A DNA stretch of 51,437 nt from a virus (taxonomy: Duplodnaviria; Caudoviricetes), in the IMG/VR virus record IMGVR_UViG_3300021378_002534, positions 1 through 51,437 of that record. One strand, given 5' to 3'. Made by a program: the position numbers and the translations under genes. The notes beneath the pieces are model-generated. The model was not told the DNA's origin, ran no database searches, and saw nothing but the letters and a program-made list of their open reading frames with translations. Of this stretch, positions 7,735-16,724 are shown piece by piece (the stretch's first letter is position 1; each line of letters opens with the position of its first letter).

Positions 7735-9401
7735 AAAAATATTATTGGAACAACGAAACTTCGCAGAAGATCTTAAACAGAGGATATCTTGATGGTGAAA
7801 CTTTAATAGATAGAGTGCTCAGTGTTGGTGAAACTTTTCAAAAAGATTTTCAATCTAGGGCTCCAATCGAACATAAGGGCAAATTCTCTGATTTATGTGA
7901 GAAATTTGAGCACTACATGTCTCTTGGCTTCTTTTCTTTATCTAGTCCTGTCTGGGCTAACTATGGGAGAGATAGGGGCTTGCCTGTTTCCTGCAATGGT
8001 GTTTTTGTACCAGACACAATGGAAGGCATTCTAACGAAACAGTCTGAGGTAGGTATGCAAACCAAGCACGGCGCTGGAACTTCTGGTTATTTTGGTGAGC
8101 TTAGAGGCAGAGGCAAGTCAATTAGCACAGGAGGAAGCTCTTCTGGTTCTGTTCATTTTATGGAATTATTTGATAAGGTTACTTCTGTAGTATCTCAGAG
8201 TAGTGTGCGTAGGGGTTCTTTTGCTGCTTATCTTCCTGTCGACCATCCAGATATCGAAGAGTTTCTCCGTATCAGGTCTGATGGACACCCTATCCAGGAT
8301 CTATCGTTTGCTGTTACGATTACAGATGAATGGATGGAAGGTATGAAAGGTGGCGACATTGATAAGCGAAAGATCTGGGCAAAGATCGTTCAGAAGAAGT
8401 TTGAATCTGGCTATCCTTATTTATTTTTCCAAGATACAGCCAACAAAAACGCGCCTCAAGTTTATAAAGATAAAAACATGAAGATCTATGCTTCAAATCT
8501 TTGTAACGAAATTGCGCTACCTTCTTCACCAGAAGAATCCTTTGTCTGTTGTTTGTCTTCTCTTAATTTGGAGAGGTGGGATGAGATTGTTGAGACCGAT
8601 GCTATTGAAACAATGGTTTACTTTCTTGATTCGGTAATGGAAGAATATATTAATAAGACTGAGGATATCCCTTACATGGAATTTGATCACAACTTTGCGA
8701 AGCGTCACAGAGCTTTGGGAATGGGTGTTCTTGGCTGGCACTCCTATTTGCAAGAGAACATGATTTCTTTTGAAAGCATGGAAGCCAAGATGAAAAATGC
8801 AGAAATCTTCAGAACAATCAGAGAAAGAGCGGACAAAGCTACCGAAGAACTAGCGAAGGTCTTTGGAGAACCAGAGGTGTTGAAAGGTTATGGTCGCAGG
8901 AACACAACAACAATGGCTGTTGCTCCTACAACTACAAGTTCGCTTATACTAGGTCAAGTATCTCAGGGGATTGAGCCTACAGTTAATTACTATACAAAGA
9001 ATTCTGCAAAAGGAAAATTTACAATTAGAAGTCCTCACCTAGAGAGATTGCTTGAATCTAAAGGTAAAAATACGGAAGCTGTATGGAAATCTATTCTGGT
9101 TAAGGACGGATCAGTACAACACTTGGGCTTTCTCGATGAACACGAAAAGGATGTATTCAAAACATTTTCAGAAGTATCTCAGAAAGAGATTGTCATACAA
9201 GCCTCCCAACGCCAGAAATATATTGATCAAGGACAGTCGTTAAACTTAATGGTTCATCCTAAAGCATCGCCAAAGGAAGTCAGCGATCTTATGATTTTTG
9301 GTTGGGAAATGGGTCTTAAAGGATTTTATTATCAAAGAAGCACAAATCCAAGCCAAGCTCTGGCACAATCTATTATGGAATGTACATCTTGCGAAGGTTA
9401 A
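7731..9401 (+). CDS. nrdA: Ribonucleotide reductase alpha subunit without ATP-cone
   Basis: Motifs PVSC, SNLCNEI, VCCLSS, APTTTSS, QSLN and YY; C-terminal CTSC. Only 556 aa. Confidence 0.96.
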   Translation: MKKYYWNNETSQKILNRGYLDGETLIDRVLSVGETFQKDFQSRAPIEHKGKFSDLCEKFEHYMSLGFFSLSSPVWANYGRDRGLPVSCNGVFVPDTMEGILTKQSEVGMQTKHGAGTSGYFGELRGRGKSISTGGSSSGSVHFMELFDKVTSVVSQSSVRRGSFAAYLPVDHPDIEEFLRIRSDGHPIQDLSFAVTITDEWMEGMKGGDIDKRKIWAKIVQKKFESGYPYLFFQDTANKNAPQVYKDKNMKIYASNLCNEIALPSSPEESFVCCLSSLNLERWDEIVETDAIETMVYFLDSVMEEYINKTEDIPYMEFDHNFAKRHRALGMGVLGWHSYLQENMISFESMEAKMKNAEIFRTIRERADKATEELAKVFGEPEVLKGYGRRNTTTMAVAPTTTSSLILGQVSQGIEPTVNYYTKNSAKGKFTIRSPHLERLLESKGKNTEAVWKSILVKDGSVQHLGFLDEHEKDVFKTFSEVSQKEIVIQASQRQKYIDQGQSLNLMVHPKASPKEVSDLMIFGWEMGLKGFYYQRSTNPSQALAQSIMECTSCEG

Positions 9402-9424
9402 GATTTCATTATTTTAAAATTTTA

Positions 9425-9429
9425 GTGTA
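9425..9429 (+). promoter_or_regulatory. GTGTA motif (putative late promoter)
   Basis: GTGTA-N10-ATG at 9440. Confidence 0.55.
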
Positions 9430-9439
9430 AAGAATTACT

Positions 9440-10315
9440 ATGGAATACGACTTGTCTAAGCAAATTAAAAAATGGAAAGACAATCCTCTCGATCTATCTT
9501 TAGATTTGGATGATAAGTCAAATATTATACATTCTATTATAGCCAATAAAGTAGAAAAACATAATGATGAGTGCCAAGTCAAAGTGACTGAAGCTCAACT
9601 AAAAAAAGTTTACTATAGAGGTTCTGCTTCTTACGACAAATGTTTTGTTGCCAACAAAACAAGATGCCAATGGGCATTAGCTAGAGTCAATCTATTTCTT
9701 AAAATGAATAGAGGATATAGCGTTGATGAACAGTATAGCATTGCTGATAAAGATATATTTATAAGTGAGGAGGATTCAGACCCAAACAAAGACATTTATA
9801 GTTTTGATGAGTTCTCGGATATAGATTTAAACCTAGCTTGTTTAGATCTCATAAAAGCGGGGTTAGAAAAATGGGATCAGGACTTTAAATGCGAAGATCT
9901 TTTTTATTCTGAAGCTGAGAAAAAGACCCTGAACAAACCTTTTAGACTTAAAGGAGAGAAAAAGAAATTTGGCGTTTATGTTAAAAGCCCCAAAACAGGA
10001 AACGTTATTGTAGTTAAGTTTGGCGACCCAAATATGGAGATCAAAAGAGATGACCCTGATCGTCGCCGAAGCTTCAGGGCTAGACATAAGTGTGATACTG
10101 CAAAAGACAAAACCTCGCCTCGATACTGGTCTTGTAAGATGTGGAGTAAGAAGCCTGTGAACAAGTCTGTCTCTTCTGAGGCTATTGAGTGGGACGAAGA
10201 AGAGCTTGTAAGTGAGTGGGGCTGGGATGAATCATCAATCATCGAAGACGAAAACTATTTTGAAGGTTATGACCACCTAAAAGATTGTGAGGTAGTTGAA
10301 AAAGAGGGCATTTGA
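9440..10315 (+). CDS. Multi-domain viral protein of unknown function with two basic modules and an acidic tail
   Basis: Modules LKKVYYRG...QWALARVNLFL and VKFGDPNM...RRRSFRARHKC...YWSCKMW. Confidence 0.7.
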   Translation: MEYDLSKQIKKWKDNPLDLSLDLDDKSNIIHSIIANKVEKHNDECQVKVTEAQLKKVYYRGSASYDKCFVANKTRCQWALARVNLFLKMNRGYSVDEQYSIADKDIFISEEDSDPNKDIYSFDEFSDIDLNLACLDLIKAGLEKWDQDFKCEDLFYSEAEKKTLNKPFRLKGEKKKFGVYVKSPKTGNVIVVKFGDPNMEIKRDDPDRRRSFRARHKCDTAKDKTSPRYWSCKMWSKKPVNKSVSSEAIEWDEEELVSEWGWDESSIIEDENYFEGYDHLKDCEVVEKEGI

Positions 10316-10323
10316 TTTATGAT
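10296..10323 (+). promoter_or_regulatory. sigma70-type promoter of the glycan cluster
   Basis: TTGAAA-N16-TATGAT, 5 nt before the ATG at 10329. Confidence 0.55.
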
Positions 10324-10328
10324 CCTTT

Positions 10329-11081
10329 ATGGATCTAAAGCCCAAGATATCATTCTGCATTATCTCTAACGGGAAACGCCCTAGAGAACTAAGGCTTTCA
10401 GTTAAGTCTATAGAAAGCAACTTCTATATAAAAGACGACTATGAGATTATCATTGTTGGGGACAACATAGATCAATTTAAAGATCTTGGTGTTAAACTTG
10501 TAGAGGACAATAAATATAATAAATACCTAGGTGCTAGAAAAAACATAGGTACAAAAAACTCTAATGGAAACATCATAGTTCATTGTGATGATGATGTTCT
10601 CTTTCCTAAAGACTGGTTCTTTAAGCTAGAAGAATACCACAGCAAAAACCCAGAGTGGGAAGTTCTAGGCAACAAGATATTTCTTCCAGATGGCGGCAGG
10701 TATTATGACAGAGCTATATATTTACCGAGACACAAGATGGTGCCATACGATTTTGATGAGACTGTTGACCCACACACATTACTTTACCAGTGTGGAGCCT
10801 TCTCTGTGTGCAAAAAATCACTCCTTGATAAGGTAGAGTGGAGTAATGAGATTCCCTTCTATGGGAAACTAAATGGTTTCGATTACAACGAGGACGTAGA
10901 CTTCTCTGTTAAGCTTAAAGAAGCTGCAATCAGAATAAGCTTTGACGAAAACAATACTGTTTGGCATTATGATCACAGTTACTATTACAAAGACTGGTTT
11001 GCATATAAAAAGAAACCAGAAGAAATGAACGAAAACAAGTGTCTTGATTTCATAATGCTTTTAAACTTTTTAGACAAATGA
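10329..11081 (+). CDS. Glycosyltransferase family 2
   Basis: Motifs ISFCII, YEIIIV, GARKNIG, HCDDD and EDVDFS. Confidence 0.88.
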   Translation: MDLKPKISFCIISNGKRPRELRLSVKSIESNFYIKDDYEIIIVGDNIDQFKDLGVKLVEDNKYNKYLGARKNIGTKNSNGNIIVHCDDDVLFPKDWFFKLEEYHSKNPEWEVLGNKIFLPDGGRYYDRAIYLPRHKMVPYDFDETVDPHTLLYQCGAFSVCKKSLLDKVEWSNEIPFYGKLNGFDYNEDVDFSVKLKEAAIRISFDENNTVWHYDHSYYYKDWFAYKKKPEEMNENKCLDFIMLLNFLDK

Positions 11082-11770
11082 AAGAAAAACAAAAAATAGG
11101 CTTTCTTGTTTTAGCTACCAACAAGTATACAAGATTTATTCCTGACTTAATAAAGGGGGCGGACGAGTTTTTTTTAAGAGATTACGAAGTAGAGTACTTT
11201 ATATTTACTGATGACAAAAGCTTAGATGTTGATACAGAGCGTAAAGTTCACCTCATAAATACAGAACACAAGCCTTGGCCATACATGCCAATGGCCCAGT
11301 ATGGTATATTTCATTCAAACAAACAATCATTTGAAGATATGGATTATCTTTATTATTGTGATGCTGATATGCGGTTTTGCGATCATGTCGGACCAGAAAT
11401 ACTCAGTGACAGAGTAGCCACTCAACACCCAGGTCTTTATGGGAGAAGGGGGACTCCAGAAACAAACCCTAACTCAACTGCTTATGTTTCTATGTTTGAA
11501 AACATGCAGTATTTTGCTGGTGGATTCAATGGAGGTTCTCACGACGAATATATAAAGATGTGCAAGACATGCTATGAAAACATAGAGAAAGATTTCGAAA
11601 ATGAGATAACAGCGGTATGGCATGATGAAAGTCATATGAATAGGTATTTCATAGACAACCCTCCTACTAAAATACTAGACCCAGGATATTGTTATGGAGA
11701 GTCTTTGCGTCCACCATTCAAACCTAGGTTAATAGCTCTAGATAAAGACCACAAAGAAATAAGATCTTAA
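11078..11770 (+). CDS. Glycosyltransferase family 6 (ABO/alpha-1,3-GalNAc or Gal transferase-like)
   Basis: Motifs ATNKY, YFIFTD, CDADM (DXD), QHPG, YFAGGFNGG, WHDESHMNRY, KILDPGYC and ALDK. Confidence 0.93.
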   Translation: MKEKQKIGFLVLATNKYTRFIPDLIKGADEFFLRDYEVEYFIFTDDKSLDVDTERKVHLINTEHKPWPYMPMAQYGIFHSNKQSFEDMDYLYYCDADMRFCDHVGPEILSDRVATQHPGLYGRRGTPETNPNSTAYVSMFENMQYFAGGFNGGSHDEYIKMCKTCYENIEKDFENEITAVWHDESHMNRYFIDNPPTKILDPGYCYGESLRPPFKPRLIALDKDHKEIRS

Positions 11771-11771
11771 A

Positions 11772-12404
11772 ATGAAGGTAGGAGTTATATTTTTTCACAA
11801 GAACATAGAAAAAATTTATCAAAAAAAATGGATTGATAAGTGCATATCCTCTATAAGGAATCAGTCTTACAAAGATCTTTTCTTTTATGAAATTAACTAC
11901 GGCGACAATGCTGAACCAAGGCTACTTGACGATTCTGTATTTTTTCACGAAAAGAAAGAAAATTATGCAGACGCAATGAACTTTATAATTTCCAAAGCGT
12001 TTGAAGATGGTTGCGATTATATTTTTAATACAAATCTAGATGATTACTATAGCGAAAAAAGGATAGAGAAACAATTAGAGTATCTAGAAGACGGATATGA
12101 TTTAGTATCTTCTGATTTTTGTTATATAAATGAAGATGATGAAGTTTTTCACCAAATGAACATAACCAAGTATGGATCTATATTTTTAAATTTAAAAAAC
12201 AACCATAATGTTATAGCTCATCCCTCGGTAGGAATGAGCAAAGAGTTTTGGTTGGACAAAGATAACAGGTATGACATTAGTAAAGTTCCAGCTGAAGATT
12301 TAGATTTATGGAAAAGGTCTATTGATAAACATATGTTTTACATAGTTGACGAGGTTCTTCTTTTTTATAGGATACACAAACAACAAGAAAGTTCAAAAAA
12401 ATGA
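11772..12404 (+). CDS. Glycosyltransferase family 2
   Basis: Motifs CISSIRNQSY, NLDDY...RIEKQ, HPSV, AEDLDLW and YRIH. Confidence 0.85.
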   Translation: MKVGVIFFHKNIEKIYQKKWIDKCISSIRNQSYKDLFFYEINYGDNAEPRLLDDSVFFHEKKENYADAMNFIISKAFEDGCDYIFNTNLDDYYSEKRIEKQLEYLEDGYDLVSSDFCYINEDDEVFHQMNITKYGSIFLNLKNNHNVIAHPSVGMSKEFWLDKDNRYDISKVPAEDLDLWKRSIDKHMFYIVDEVLLFYRIHKQQESSKK

Positions 12405-13279
12405 GGTATGATATACTAATAATATGGGGGAACGGATTAAGTTTTATAGAAAACATAATTAGCGAGATAAGAGATGATACAAATTTCAAAATAGTAAGAC
12501 TCAAATATCATGAATACCAAAATACTGAGGTTTTCTTAAAGGATATTTACAGTTGCGATACGGCTCCTTGGGAACATTTAAAATCAAAATCAAATTATTT
12601 AACCAAAGAACCTAAAAATTGTATGGTTGTTCTTGTTAAAAATCTCAGGCCAAAAGAAAAAATTGTTGGTTCTGGTCAATTCACGCACAAACAATGTCAA
12701 AATTTAGTCGATTTAAAAACAAAAATAAGGTCCCTATATAACCCTAAATTTAAAGATAGAAACAAAAAAATAAACCCACTCCCAACGGGTGTTTCTCATG
12801 ATCACTGCATACATGCTACTGACTACGAAGAACAAACTGATTATTTATTAAATTATTTTGAGATGAATTCTGTTCAATACTATAATAGGTATGAGAACTT
12901 AAATTATAACATACCCTATCATTTAACACCTGAAAAATTTGAGTTAAAAGAATTAGAGCTGACCTCGTTAAGATGCAATATTATAGATTTTGGATTTACA
13001 GCTGTAAAAAATAGCCCTCATTATAAATATGTTACTGGAAACATAAGTGATTATTGTGATTATGTTAAAAAGAACATTGGATATAAATTACAAGAAGATC
13101 ATTTTATAGGCTCTTTCGATAAATTAATTAAAAACTTTAAAGAAGACTACTTGGATGAAAAAAACAGAAAACAATATATCCTGACTACTTCAGAAGGAAT
13201 CATCTTAGATGGGACTCACAGAGCATCAATATTAATCAGCAAAGGAATCAAAAAAGCAAAATGTTTACAAATAAAATAG
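12401..13279 (+). CDS. Hypothetical protein with an NDK-like His motif and a C-terminal ParB/Srx-like motif
   Basis: LKTKIR...IHATDYEEQ resembles NDK IHxSD; ILDGTHRAS resembles ParB/Srx DGxHR. Confidence 0.5.
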   Translation: MRYDILIIWGNGLSFIENIISEIRDDTNFKIVRLKYHEYQNTEVFLKDIYSCDTAPWEHLKSKSNYLTKEPKNCMVVLVKNLRPKEKIVGSGQFTHKQCQNLVDLKTKIRSLYNPKFKDRNKKINPLPTGVSHDHCIHATDYEEQTDYLLNYFEMNSVQYYNRYENLNYNIPYHLTPEKFELKELELTSLRCNIIDFGFTAVKNSPHYKYVTGNISDYCDYVKKNIGYKLQEDHFIGSFDKLIKNFKEDYLDEKNRKQYILTTSEGIILDGTHRASILISKGIKKAKCLQIK

Positions 13280-13773
13280 ATCTATTAGATGTATTCCAAA
13301 CTATGGATGGTTATTGTATATTAAAACTAGATGACAAATTTCCACTTTATAACGTTCCTTCCGATGTAGATATAATGTGTGCAAATAAATATTCATTTGC
13401 TAAAAAACTTAGTTCTTTTATTTTTGAAAAATACAAAATTAAAACCAAAAATCACTTAGAGGGAAATGGAAACTTTCAAGTGGACGTCATTATAGAAAAT
13501 AAACTTGATATAAAATTTGACATATCTGACGATTTTTCCTACCTATCTAAAATAAAAGTTAAAAAAACTTTTAGAGATATTGTTCTTGCTGACAAAATAA
13601 AAGAAAACGGCATATTTATACCAAGATTAGAGCACGACCTAGCAATAAGATATATGGAATACAAAGACAAAATAAGCGAAAGGCCAGACAAAATAAAACA
13701 TTTAAATTATTGCAAAAGACATAATATAGATTATATAGAAGTCATAAATAAATTTACCAACTTAAAAAAATGA
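13261..13773 (+). CDS. Putative pol-beta-like nucleotidyltransferase
   Basis: SDVDIM motif, with a later LDIKFDI strand. Confidence 0.5.
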   Translation: MFTNKIDLLDVFQTMDGYCILKLDDKFPLYNVPSDVDIMCANKYSFAKKLSSFIFEKYKIKTKNHLEGNGNFQVDVIIENKLDIKFDISDDFSYLSKIKVKKTFRDIVLADKIKENGIFIPRLEHDLAIRYMEYKDKISERPDKIKHLNYCKRHNIDYIEVINKFTNLKK

Positions 13774-14429
13774 AATTTCTATCTCAAAAAAATCAAGACA
13801 GATGGGTTATTAACGATGTTTATAAAGGAAGGCCTAACACTGGCTTTTTTGTGGATCTAGCATCTGCAGAAGGAGTCCACTGGAACAATACTTATTTACT
13901 AGAAAAGGAATATGGCTGGAGTGGTATATGTATAGAACCCAATCCAGACTTTTTTAAACAGCTTACAAAAAACAGGAAATGCATTACTGAAAACTCTGTT
14001 GTTAGCGATAACTATGATCCTGTTGTATTTAGATATGATAATAAAATGCTGGGAGGCATTGTGGCTAGTGATACCGACAACGGAAAACAAAACAGATTAA
14101 AAGAAAGGCAAAAAATATTCGAATCGAAACCGAAAACCTTGAATGACATACTTCTGTTTCATAATGCTCCTAAAAGAATAAACTACTTAAGCCTTGATGT
14201 AGAGGGCTCTGAAGAAAGAGTCTTATCGTCTTTGGATTTTTCTATATATAGCTTTGATTGTCTAACTGTAGAAAGGCCAACTGCAAAATGCAATGAAATA
14301 CTGTTTGATAATAATTATCTTTTCGTAAAAAACGATGCATTTGACACTTTCTATATAAACAAAGATTTCCATAAAGACAGCGGCGTTACTATAGAAAAAT
14401 TTCAGCAAGTTCCAATTAAAAATATTTAA
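13770..14429 (+). CDS. FkbM-family SAM-dependent methyltransferase
   Basis: Motifs SQKNQD, GFFVDLAS, NTYLLEKEYGWSGICIEPNP and YLSLDVEGSE. Confidence 0.92.
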   Translation: MKFLSQKNQDRWVINDVYKGRPNTGFFVDLASAEGVHWNNTYLLEKEYGWSGICIEPNPDFFKQLTKNRKCITENSVVSDNYDPVVFRYDNKMLGGIVASDTDNGKQNRLKERQKIFESKPKTLNDILLFHNAPKRINYLSLDVEGSEERVLSSLDFSIYSFDCLTVERPTAKCNEILFDNNYLFVKNDAFDTFYINKDFHKDSGVTIEKFQQVPIKNI

Positions 14430-15199
14430 TGATAATCATTAAAATACAGGCTGGGTTATGTAACCAGCTTTTTCAGTGGGCTTATGGATATGCTTTATCA
14501 AAAGAGCATGAGGTTTATTTTGACACATCGTTTTTTAATAGTCAAGATATAATGTCTTCGGTATCTATCCGTGATTATGAATTACCCAATATAATCAACA
14601 GAGAAATACCAATAGTTACAAAAGAAATCTTTGAGGAGTTTTCATCTAAGAGCGTACAAATGGTTCTTGATAACTTTTACTACTCAAACATAAAATTCGA
14701 AAAGAATAAAAATTATTATCTAAATGGATATTGGCAGTCGGAGTCGTTTTTTGACAATGTCAAGGACGAGATTATTAATTCATTTAAATTTCCAGAGCTT
14801 AACGATTTTGATTTTACAGATTCATGCTCAATACATATAAGAAGAGGCGACTACTTAAAGCTTCAAGGCATACACACGCATCAGACTTTAGACTATTATG
14901 AGAAAGCCCTTGAAGTTATTAATCCTAAGGGTAAAGTATTTGTTTTTTCTGATGATATAAAATGGTGCGAGAAAAACCTCAACTTCAAAAACCAGATATT
15001 CATGAAGGAAAATTCTAATATAGAAGATCTTAGATACATGAGCTTGTGCAGCAACAACATTATAGCTAACAGCAGCTTTAGTTGGTGGGGGGCTTATTTA
15101 AACAATAATCCAAACAAAATTGTTGTCTGTCCTAAAAATTGGTTTGGCAACAATACGAATGACTCCGACATTAAAATGAAAGATTGGCTGGAAATATAG
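14429..15199 (+). CDS. Alpha-1,2-fucosyltransferase, GT11
   Basis: Motifs GLCNQLFQ, GYWQSE, IHIRRGDY, VFSDD, ANSSFSWWGAYL and PKNWF. Confidence 0.95.
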   Translation: MIIIKIQAGLCNQLFQWAYGYALSKEHEVYFDTSFFNSQDIMSSVSIRDYELPNIINREIPIVTKEIFEEFSSKSVQMVLDNFYYSNIKFEKNKNYYLNGYWQSESFFDNVKDEIINSFKFPELNDFDFTDSCSIHIRRGDYLKLQGIHTHQTLDYYEKALEVINPKGKVFVFSDDIKWCEKNLNFKNQIFMKENSNIEDLRYMSLCSNNIIANSSFSWWGAYLNNNPNKIVVCPKNWFGNNTNDSDIKMKDWLEI

Positions 15200-15224
15200 A
15201 TCATTTATTGTATTATATTCCGAG

Positions 15225-16253
15225 ATGAAGAAAGTAATTATCACAGGAGTCACAGGTCAAGACGGTAGTCACATGGCAGATTATTTGTTGGCAAATACCG
15301 ACATCGATATAATTGCTGGAGTACGCCGACTTTCAGTAAAAAACCACGACAACATAAAACATCTGTCTGATAACCCAAGGTTCAAGTTAATCGATCTTGA
15401 TATCACAGATCAGTCAAATGTAGATCGTGTTATAGCTAAAGAAAAACCAGACTTCTTTATTAACTTTGCTGCCAATTCATTCGTAGGAGTTAGTTGGGAT
15501 ATGCCAGAAAACCACATGAATACAAATTGCATGGCGGTTCTTTATCAATTAGAAGCGATACGCAAGCACTGTCCAGATTGCCGTTATTACAACGCTGGCT
15601 CATCCGAAGAGTTTGGTGACGTAGTTACTGCCCCACAGGACGAGACGCACCCACTGCGCCCCAGAAGCCCTTATGGAGCATCTAAAGCGGCTGCAAGACA
15701 CCTAGTTAAAGTTTGGCGTGAAAGTTATAATTTATACGCCATTCAAGGTTGGCTTTTTAATCACGAAGGAATTCGTAGAGGTGAAGAATTTCTGACGAGA
15801 AAGGTTACTAAAGGCGTCGCAGATATTTTTAAAAAACTCAGAGTAGGAGAAAAATTTAAACCCTTACAATTAGGAAATCTAGAAGCTAAAAGAGATTGGT
15901 CTGACGCAGAAGATTTTGTAGATGGCATCTGGAAGATGTTGAACCAAGAAGAGCCAAAAGAATATGTACTGGCTTCTGGAGAAACCCACACCATTAGATC
16001 TTTTGTGGAGGCGGCTTTTTCTTATGCTGGATTTGGCGCGGAAGAGTGTAGGTGGGTTGGAGAAGGAATTAACGAGAAGTATTTTCATGGTAATGATGTG
16101 TTGGTTGAGATAAACTCTGAGTTCTATAGGCCAGCAGAAGTAGAACTTCTATTGGGAGATCCTTCTAGAGCAGAGAAAGAACTTGGGTGGGTAAGAAAAA
16201 CAGACTTTCCTGGTCTTGTTAAAAAGATGGTTGACAAAGATATTAATCTTTGA
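15225..16253 (+). CDS. gmd: GDP-mannose 4,6-dehydratase
   Basis: Motifs ITGVTGQDGS, PRSPYGASK, LFNHE, LGNLEAKRDW and YRPAEVELLLGD. Confidence 0.96.
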   Translation: MKKVIITGVTGQDGSHMADYLLANTDIDIIAGVRRLSVKNHDNIKHLSDNPRFKLIDLDITDQSNVDRVIAKEKPDFFINFAANSFVGVSWDMPENHMNTNCMAVLYQLEAIRKHCPDCRYYNAGSSEEFGDVVTAPQDETHPLRPRSPYGASKAAARHLVKVWRESYNLYAIQGWLFNHEGIRRGEEFLTRKVTKGVADIFKKLRVGEKFKPLQLGNLEAKRDWSDAEDFVDGIWKMLNQEEPKEYVLASGETHTIRSFVEAAFSYAGFGAEECRWVGEGINEKYFHGNDVLVEINSEFYRPAEVELLLGDPSRAEKELGWVRKTDFPGLVKKMVDKDINL

Positions 16254-16259
16254 TACTAT
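16231..16259 (+). promoter_or_regulatory. sigma70-type promoter of the recombination/replication operon
   Basis: TTGACA-N17-TACTAT, 6 nt before the ATG at 16266. Confidence 0.85.
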
Positions 16260-16265
16260 CTACCT

Positions 16266-16724
16266 ATGCCCAGAGGAAAGAAACAATGTCCCGAATGCTC
16301 TCTGGAGTTTGGGGCAAGAAAATCCGTGTGTGATTGCGGCTACATATTTTCTAAGCAGGTTAAAAAAACCATTAAAAGCAAGCCAGAGAAAAAAATAAAC
16401 AAGCGCGAAATACTTTTTCGCCTTGTGGAGAAGCCTAAGGAAAACAAAAGGTTTTTTTTCATGAGGGAAATGAAATTTCTCAACGACCTCAGTAGTCGTT
16501 ACTCTCTTGAGTTTCTTGGTGTTGTCACTTTTTCTAAAAAGTTTAAGTCCCTAGCTTACTTAGTTAGCCCCAAACTAAAAGGAACTATGGATATAAAGTG
16601 GAGGGCTTTCAATTACAGGGTTGACAAAAATAAATATCAAGAATATAATATAGGAGAAAAGACAGGGCAAGATATAGCCGTAAAAAAACAAACAAAAACA
16701 ACAAAAGACTTTTTAAATGAGTGA
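16266..16724 (+). CDS. Basic hypothetical protein with N-terminal zinc ribbon
   Basis: CPEC-x9-CDCG; Lys-rich. Confidence 0.7.
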   Translation: MPRGKKQCPECSLEFGARKSVCDCGYIFSKQVKKTIKSKPEKKINKREILFRLVEKPKENKRFFFMREMKFLNDLSSRYSLEFLGVVTFSKKFKSLAYLVSPKLKGTMDIKWRAFNYRVDKNKYQEYNIGEKTGQDIAVKKQTKTTKDFLNE

